Shown: positions 55,901 through 64,000 of the stretch, piece after piece
Layout of the letters: each line of letters opens with the position of its first letter
How positions within the stretch are numbered: the first letter of the stretch is position 1
Origin: Eledone cirrhosa
Lineage: Eukaryota
Reading direction: 5' to 3'
Assembly: GCA_964016885.1 (NCBI GenBank)
Contig: OZ024750.1
Span: 31,186,001-31,250,000, forward strand
DNA length: 64,000 bases
The notes under the pieces: generated by a model
Seen by the model: the letters and a program-made list of their open reading frames with translations, nothing else
Databases searched by the model: none
Told to the model about the DNA's origin: nothing
Made by a program: the position numbers and the translations under genes

Positions 55901-58900
55901 TAGAAACCTCTCTCAGAAGAGATAGACCTAGTGTACACTAAAATAACATGTACAGACCTCTCTCAGAAGAGATAGACCTAGTGTACACTAACATAACATG
56001 TAGAAACCTCTCCCAGAAGAGATAGACCTAGTGTACACTAACATAACATGTAGAAACCTCTCCCAGAAGAGATAGACCTAGTGTACACTAACATAACATG
56101 TACAGACCTCTCTCAGAAGAGATAGACCTAGTGTACACTAACATAACATGTACAGACCTCTCTCAGAAGAGATAGACCTAGTGTACACTAACATAACATG
56201 TAGAAACCTCTCTCAGAAGAGATAGACCTAGTGTACACTAACATAACATGTAGAAACCTCTCTCAGAAGAGATAGACCTAGTGTACACTAATATAACATG
56301 TAGAAACCTCTCTCAGAAGAGATAGACCTAGTGTATAGTAACATAACATGTAGAAACCTCTCCCAGAAGAGATAGACCTAGTGTACATTAACATAACATG
56401 TAGAAACCTCTCTCAGAAGAGATAGACCTAGTGTACACTAACATAACATGTAGAAACCTCTCTCAGAAGAGATATACCTAGTGTACACTAACATAACATG
56501 TAGAAACCTCTCTCAGAAGAGATAGACCTTGTGTACACTAACATAACATGTAGAAACCTCTCTCAGAAGAGATAGACCTAGTGTACAGTAACATAACATG
56601 TACAGACCTCTCCCAGAAGAGATAGACCTAGTGTACACTAACATAACATGTAGAAACCTCTCTCAGAAGAGATAGACCTAGTGTACACTAACATAACATG
56701 TAGAAACCTCTCTTAGAAGAGATAAACCTAGTGTACACTAACATAACATGTACAGACCTCTCTCAGAAGAGATAGAGCTAGTGTACACTAACATAACATG
56801 TAGAAACCTCTCTCAGAAGAGATAAACCTAGTGTACACTAACATAACATGTACAGACCTCTCTCAGAAGAGATAGACCTAGTGTACACTAACATAACATG
56901 TACAGACCTCTCTCAGAAGAGATATACCTTGTGTACACTAACATAACATGTACAGACCTCTCCCAGAAGAGATAGACCTAGTGTACACTAACATAACATG
57001 TACAGACCTCTCTCAGAAGAGATAGACCTAGTGTATACTATCATAACATGTAGAAACCTCTCTCAGAAGAGATAGACCTAGTGTACAGTAACATAACATG
57101 TACAGACCTCTCCCAGAAGAGATAGACCTAGTGTACACTAACATAACATGTAGAAACCTCTCTCAGAAGAGATAGACCTAGTGTACACTAACATAACATG
57201 TAGAAACCTCTCTTAGAAGAGATAAACCTAGTGTACACTAACATAACATGTAAAAACCTCTCTCAGAAGAGATAGACCTAGTGTACACTAACATAACATG
57301 TACAGACCTCTCTCAGAAGAGATATACCTAGTGTACACTAACATAACATGTAGAAACCTCTCTCAGAAGAGATAGACCTAGTGTACACTAACATAACATG
57401 TACAGACCTCTCTCAGAAGAGATATACCTAGTGTACACTAACATAACATGTAGAAACCTCTCCCAGAAGAGATAGACCTAGTGTACACTAACATAACATG
57501 TACAGACCTCTCTCACAAGAGATAGACCTAGTGTACACTAACATAACATGTACAGACCTCTCTCAGAAGAGATAGACCTAGTGTACACTAACATAACATG
57601 TAGAAACCTCTCTCAGAAGAGATAGACCTAGTGTACACTAACATAACATGTAGAAACCTCTCTCAGAAGAGATAGACCTAGTGTACACTAACATAACATG
57701 TAGAAACCTCTCTCAGAAGAGATAGACCTAGTGTACACTAACATAACATGTAGAAACCTCTCTCAGAAGAGATAGACCTAGTGTACAGTAACATAACATG
57801 TACAGACCTCTCCCAGAAGAGATAGACCTAGTGTACACTAAGATAACATGTAGAAACCTCTCTCAGAAGAGATAGACCTAGTGTACACTAACATAACATG
57901 TACAGACCTCTCTCAGAAGAGATAAACCTAGTGTACACTAACATAACATGTACAGACCTCTCCCAGAAGAGATAGACCTAGTGTACACTAACATAAGATG
58001 TACAGACCTCTCTCAGAAGAGATAGACCTAGTGTACACTAACATAACATGTAGAACCTCTCTCAGAAGAGATAGACCTAGTGTACACTAACATAACATGT
58101 ACAGACCTCTCTCAGAAGAGATAGACCTAGTGTACACTAACATAACATGTAGAAACCTCTCTCAGAAGAGATAGACCTAGTGTACACTAAAATAACATGT
58201 ACAGACCTCTCTCAGAAGAGATAGACCTAGTGTACACTAACATAACATGTAGAAACCTCTCCCAGAAGAGATAGACCTAGTGTACACTAACATAACATGT
58301 AGAAACCTCTCCCAGAAGAGATAGACCTAGTGTACACTAACATAACATGTACAGACCTCTCTCAGAAGAGATAGACCTAGTGTACACTAACATAACATGT
58401 ACAGACCTCTCTCAGAAGAGATAGACCTAGTGTACACTAACATAACATGTAGAAACCTCTCTCAGAAGAGATAGACCTAGTGTACACTAACATAACATGT
58501 AGAAACCTCTCTCAGAAGAGATAGACCTAGTGTACACTAATATAACATGTAGAAACCTCTCTCAGAAGAGATAGACCTAGTGTACACTAACATAACATGT
58601 AGAAACCTCTCCCAGAAGAGATAGACCTAGTGTACACTAACATAAGATGTACAGACCTCTCTCAGAAGAGATAGACCTAGTGTACACTAACATAACATGT
58701 AGAAACCTCTCTCAGAAGAGATAGACCTAGTGTACACTAACATAACATGTACAGACCTCTCTCAGAAGAGATAGACCTAGTGTACACTAACATAACATGT
58801 AGAAACCTCTCTCAGAAGAGATAGACCTAGTGTACACTAACATAACATGTAGAAACCTCTCTCAGAAGAGATAGACCTAGTGTACAGTAACATAACATGT

Positions 58901-61900
58901 ACAGACCTCTCCCAGAAGAGATAGACCTAGTATACACTAACATAATATGTAGAAACCTCTCTCAGAAGAGATAGACCTAGTGTACACTAACATAACATGT
59001 AGAAACCTCTCCCAGAAGGGATAACCTAGTGTACACTAACATAACATGTAGAAACCTCTCTCAGAAGAGATAAACCTAGTGTACACTAACATAACATGTA
59101 CAGACCTCTCTCAGAAGAGATAGACCTAGTGTACAGTAACATAATATGTACAGACCTCTCTCAGAAGAGATAGACCTAGTGTACACTAACATAACATGTA
59201 CAGACCTCTCTCAGAAGAGATAGACCTAGTGTACACTAACATAACATGTAGAAACCTCTCCCAGAAGAGATAGACCTAGTGTACACTAACATAAGATGTA
59301 CAGACCTCTCTCAGGAGAGATAGACCTAGTGTACACTAACATAACATGTAGAAACCTCTCTCAGAAGAGATAGACCTAGTGTACACTAATATAACATGTA
59401 GAAACCTCTCTCAGAAGAGATAGACCTAGTGTACACTAACATAAGATGTACAGACCTCTCTCAGAAGAGATAGACCTAGTGTACACTAACATAACATGTA
59501 AAAACCTCTCTCAGAAGAGATAGACCTAGTGTACACTAACATAACATGTACAGACCTCTCTCAGAAGAGATATACCTAGTGTACACTAACATAACATGTA
59601 GAAACCTCTCTCAGAAGAGATATACCTAGTGTACACTAACATAACATGTAGAAACCTCTCTCAGAAGAGATAGACCTAGTGTACACTAACATAACATGTA
59701 GAAACCTCTCCCAGAAGAGATAGACCTAGTGTACACTAACATAAGATGTACAGACCTCTCTCAGGAGAGATAGACCTAGTGTACACTAACATAACATGTA
59801 GAAACCTCTCTCAGAAGAGATAGACCTAGTGTACACTAATATAACTGTAGAAACCTCTCTCAGAAGAGATAGACCTAGTGTACACTAACATAAGATGTAC
59901 AGACCTCTCTCAGAAGAGATAGACCTAGTGTACACTAACATAACATGTAAAAACCTCTCTCAGAAGAGATAGACCTAGTGTACACTAACATAACATGTAC
60001 AGACCTCTCTCAGAAGAGATATACCTAGTGTACACTAACATAACATGTAGAAACCTCTCTCAGAAGAGATAGACCTAGTGTACACTAACATAACATGTAC
60101 AGACCTCTCTCAGAAGAGATATACCTAGTGTACACTAACATAACATGTAGAAACCTCTCCCAGAAGAGATAGACCTAGTGTACACTAACATAACATGTAC
60201 AGACCTCTCTCAGAAGAGATAGACCTAGTGTACACTAACATAACATGTACAGACCTCTCTCAGAAGAGATAGACCTAGTGTACACTAACATAACATGTAG
60301 AAACCTCTCTCAGAAGAGATAGACCTAGTGTACACTAACATAACATGTAGAAACCTCTCTCAGAAGAGATAGACCTAGTGTACACTAACATAACATGTAG
60401 AAACCTCTCTCAGAAGAGATAGACCTAGTGTACACTAACATAACATGTAGAAACCTCTCTCAGAAGAGATAGACCTAGTGTACAGTAACATAACATGTAC
60501 AGACCTCTGCCAGAAGAGATAGACCTAGTGTACACTAAGATAACATGTAGAAACCTCTCTCAGAAGAGATAGACCTAGTGTACACTAACATAACATGTAC
60601 AGACCTCTCTCAGAAGAGATAAACCTAGTGTACACTAACATAACATGTACAGACCTCTCCCAGAAGAGATAGACCTAGTGTACACTAACATAAGATGTAC
60701 AGACCTCTCTCAGAAGAGATAGACCTAGTGTACACTAACATAACATGTAGAACCTCTCTCAGAAGAGATAGACCTAGTGTACACTAACATAACATGTACA
60801 GACCTCTCTCAGAAGAGATAGACCTAGTGTACACTAACATAACATGTAGAAACCTCTCTCAGAAGAGATAGACCTAGTGTACACTAAAATAACATGTACA
60901 GACCTCTCTCAGAAGAGATAGACCTAGTGTACACTAACATAACATGTAGAAACCTCTCCCAGAAGAGATAGACCTAGTGTACACTAACATAACATGTAGA
61001 AACCTCTCTCAGAAGAGATAGACCTAGTGTACACTAACATAACATGTACAGACCTCTCTCAGAAGAGATAGACCTAGTGTACACTAACATAACATGTACA
61101 GACCTCTCTCAGAAGAGATAGACCTAGTGTACACTAACATAACATGTAGAAACCTCTCTCAGAAGAGATAGACCTAGTGTACACTAACATAACATGTAGA
61201 AACCTCTCTCAGAAGAGATAGACCTAGTGTACACTAATATAACATGTAGAAACCTATCCCAGAAGAGATAGACCTAGTGTACACTAACATAAGATGTACA
61301 GACCTCTCTCAGAAGAGATAGACCTAGTGTACACTAACATAACATGTAGAAACCTCTCTCAGAAGAGATAGACCTAGTGTACACTAACATAACATGTACA
61401 GACCTCTCTCAGAAGAGATAGACCTAGTGTACACTAACATAACATGTAGAAACCTCTCTCAGAAGAGATAGACCTAGTGTACACTAACATAACATGTAGA
61501 AACCTCTCTCAGAAGAGATAGACCTAGTGTACAGTAACATAACATGTACAGACCTCTCCCAGAAGAGATAGACCTAGTATACACTAACATAATATGTAGA
61601 AACCTCTCTCAGAAGAGATAGACCTAGTGTACACTAACATAACATGTAGAAACCTCTCCCAGAAGGGATAACCTAGTGTACACTAACATAACATGTAGAA
61701 ACCTCTCTCAGAAGAGATAAACCTAGTGTACACTAACATAACATGTACAGACCTCTCTCAGAAGAGATAGACCTAGTGTACAGTAACATAACATGTACAG
61801 ACCTCTCTCAGAAGAGATAGACCTAGTGTACACTAACATAACATGTACAGACCTCTCTCAGAAGAGATAGACCTAGTGTACACTAACATAACATGTAGAA

Positions 61901-64000
61901 ACCTCTCCCAGAAGAGATAGACCTAGTGTACACTAACATAAGATGTACAGACCTCTCTCAGGAGAGATAGACCTAGTGTACACTAACATAACATGTAGAA
62001 ACCTCTCTCAGAAGAGATAGACCTAGTGTACACTAATATAACATGTAGAAACCTCTCTCAGAAGAGATAGACCTAGTGTACACTAACATAAGATGTACAG
62101 ACCTCTCTCAGAAGAGATAGACCTAGTGTACACTAACATAACATGTAAAAACCTCTCTCAGAAGAGATAGACCTAGTGTACACTAACATAACATGTACAG
62201 ACCTCTCTCAGAAGAGATATACCTAGTGTACACTAACATAACATGTAGAAACCTCTCTCAGAAGAGATATACCTAGTGTACACTAACATAACATGTAGAA
62301 ATCTCTCTCAGAAGAGATAGACCTAGTGTACACTAACATAACATGTAGAAACCTCTCTCAGAAGAGATAGACCTAGTGTACAGTAACATAACATGTACAG
62401 ACCTCTCCCAGAAGAGATAGACCTAGTGTACACTAACATAACATGTAGAAACCTCTCTCAGAAGAGATAGACCTAGTGTACACTAACATAACATGTAGAA
62501 ACCTCTCTTAGAAGGGATAAACCTAGTGTACACTAACATAACATGTACAGACCTCTCTCAGAAGAGATAGACCTAGTGTACACTAACATAACATGTAGAA
62601 ACCTCTCTCAGAAGAGATAAACCTAGTGTACACTAACATAACATGTACAGACCTCTCTCAGAAGAGATAGACCTAGTGTACACTAACATAACATGTACAG
62701 ACCTCTCTCAGAAGAGATAGACCTTGTGTACACTAACATAACATGTAGAAACCTCTCTCAGAAGAGATAGACCTAGTGTACAGTAACATAACATGTACAG
62801 ACCTCTCCCAGAAGAGATAGACCTAGTATACACTAACATAATATGTAGAAACCTCTCTCAGAAGAGATAGACCTAGTGTACACTAACATAACATGTAGAA
62901 ACCTCTCCCAGAAGGGATAACCTAGTGTACACTAACATAACATGTAGAAACCTCTCTCAGAAGAGATAAACCTAGTGTACACTAACATAACATGTACAGA
63001 CCTCTCTCAGAAGAGATAGACCTAGTGTACAGTAACATAACATGTACAGACCTCTCTCAGAAGAGATAGACCTAGTGTACACTAACATAACATGTACAGA
63101 CCTCTCTCAGAAGAGATAGACCTAGTGTACACTAACATAACATGTAGAAACCTCTCCCAGAAGAGATAGACCTAGTGTACACTAACATAAGATGTACAGA
63201 CCTCTCTCAGGAGAGATAGACCTAGTGTACACTAACATAACATGTAGAAACCTCTCTCAGAAGAGATAGACCTAGTGTACACTAATATAACATGTAGAAA
63301 CCTCTCTCAGAAGAGATAGACCTAGTGTACACTAACATAAGATGTACAGACCTCTCTCAGAAGAGATAGACCTAGTGTACACTAACATAACATGTAAAAA
63401 CCTCTCTCAGAAGAGATAGACCTAGTGTACACTAATATAACATGTACAGACCTCTCTCAGAAGAGATATACCTAGTGTACACTAACATAACATGTAGAAA
63501 CCTCTCTCAGAAGAGATATACCTAGTGTACACTAACATAACATGTAGAAACCTCTCTCAGAAGAGATAGACCTTGTGTACACTAACATAACATGTAGAAA
63601 CCTCTCTCAGAAGAGATAGACCTAGTGTACAGTAACATAACATGTACAGACCTCTCCCAGAAGAGATAGACCTAGTGTACACTAACATAACATGTAGAAA
63701 CCTCTCTCAGAAGAGATAGACCTAGTGTACACTAACATAACATGTAGAAACCTCTCTTAGAAGAGATAAACCTAGTGTACACTAACATAACATGTACAGA
63801 CCTCTCTCAGAAGAGATAGAGCTAGTGTACACTAACATAACATGTAGAAACCTCTCTCAGAAGAGATAAACCTAGTGTACACTAACATAACATGTACAGA
63901 CCTCTCTCAGAAGAGATAGACCTAGTGTACACTAACATAACATGTACAGACCTCTCTCAGAAGAGATAGACCTTGTGTACACTAACATAACATGTACAGA
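44000..64000. repeat. Right-hand HOR domain: variable-length (1.2-3.4 kb) units with domain-specific markers
   Basis: The 1-bp-deletion monomer GGGATAACCTAG occurs at 45379, 47477, 50174, 53621, 59018, 61665, 62914. Each is preceded by a GTATACAC...ATAATATG monomer and followed ~300 nt later by CAGGAGAG. These markers were not seen left of 45 kb. Confidence 0.88.
48950..55850. repeat. Near-perfect 3,447-bp (69-monomer) tandem duplication
   Basis: ACCAGG 49481/52928, CCTATCCC 49762/53209, GGGATAAC 50174/53621, CCGAGTG 50781/54228 and TAGAACC 52355/55802 are all 3,447 apart. Confidence 0.92.

Larger units (their letters stand above)
1..64000. repeat. 50-bp tandem satellite array, ~1,280 monomers, single orientation, extending beyond both window ends
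   Basis: The consensus AAACCTCTCTCAGAAGAGATAGACCTAGTGTACACTAACATAACATGTAG (e.g. 101-150) recurs every 50 nt throughout, and most monomers differ by 0-4 substitutions. A monomer starts at 1 and another at 63998, a net phase drift of only -3 nt. No inversion or non-repeat insertion was seen. Confidence 0.99.

Noticed and set aside
1-64000. CRISPR array (regular partly palindromic repeats)
   Set aside because: There are no unique spacers. The entire 50-bp period is repeated, and no cas genes or leader are present.
1-64000. Repetitive protein-coding ORF
   Set aside because: The monomer has several TAG/TAA codons on the + strand and TAG/TGA on the - strand. Because 50 is not a multiple of 3, every frame meets stops within 150 nt.
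1-64000. Telomeric repeat, iteron array or tandem RNA gene cluster
   Set aside because: There is no G-rich telomere motif, no rep gene or origin context, and no tRNA/5S/snRNA features.
1-64000. Pure artefact (rolling-circle concatemer or synthetic sequence)
   Set aside because: Variants form nested, heritable, colinear patterns at several scales, as expected of an evolved array. Copy numbers of the near-identical HORs could still be misassembled.
1-64000. A/B monomer order as a functional code
   Set aside because: The order is accounted for by duplication history, and nothing in the sequence indicates a readout mechanism.

Overview
The whole 64 kb window is one uninterrupted head-to-tail tandem array (satellite DNA) of about 1,280 copies of a 50-bp monomer. 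The consensus is AAACCTCTCTCAGAAGAGATAGACCTAGTGTACACTAACATAACATGTAG (38% GC, 40% A on the + strand, no CpG). I see no genes, RNA genes, transposons, CRISPR spacers or unique sequence, and the array runs off both ends. The information lies in the pattern of variant monomers. Two interspersed monomer types differ at a linked pair of sites (GTAGAAACC vs GTACAGACC). Rare variants reveal nested higher-order repeats (HORs): a 4,554-bp two-subunit HOR at left (1 to ~23 kb), a 2,500-bp HOR (~23-28 kb), a more diverged middle (~28-44 kb) and a younger HOR family at right (~44-64 kb). There are also long-range duplications at ~15 kb and 11,541 bp offsets. The most unusual item is a short island of left-domain variants at ~56.3 kb, sitting at an apparent deletion junction in the right domain. 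The architecture resembles eukaryotic heterochromatic or (peri)centromeric satellite, but I cannot name the organism or family. I found no evidence for a novel protein- or RNA-based system. All positions were read by eye, and domain boundaries are approximate.
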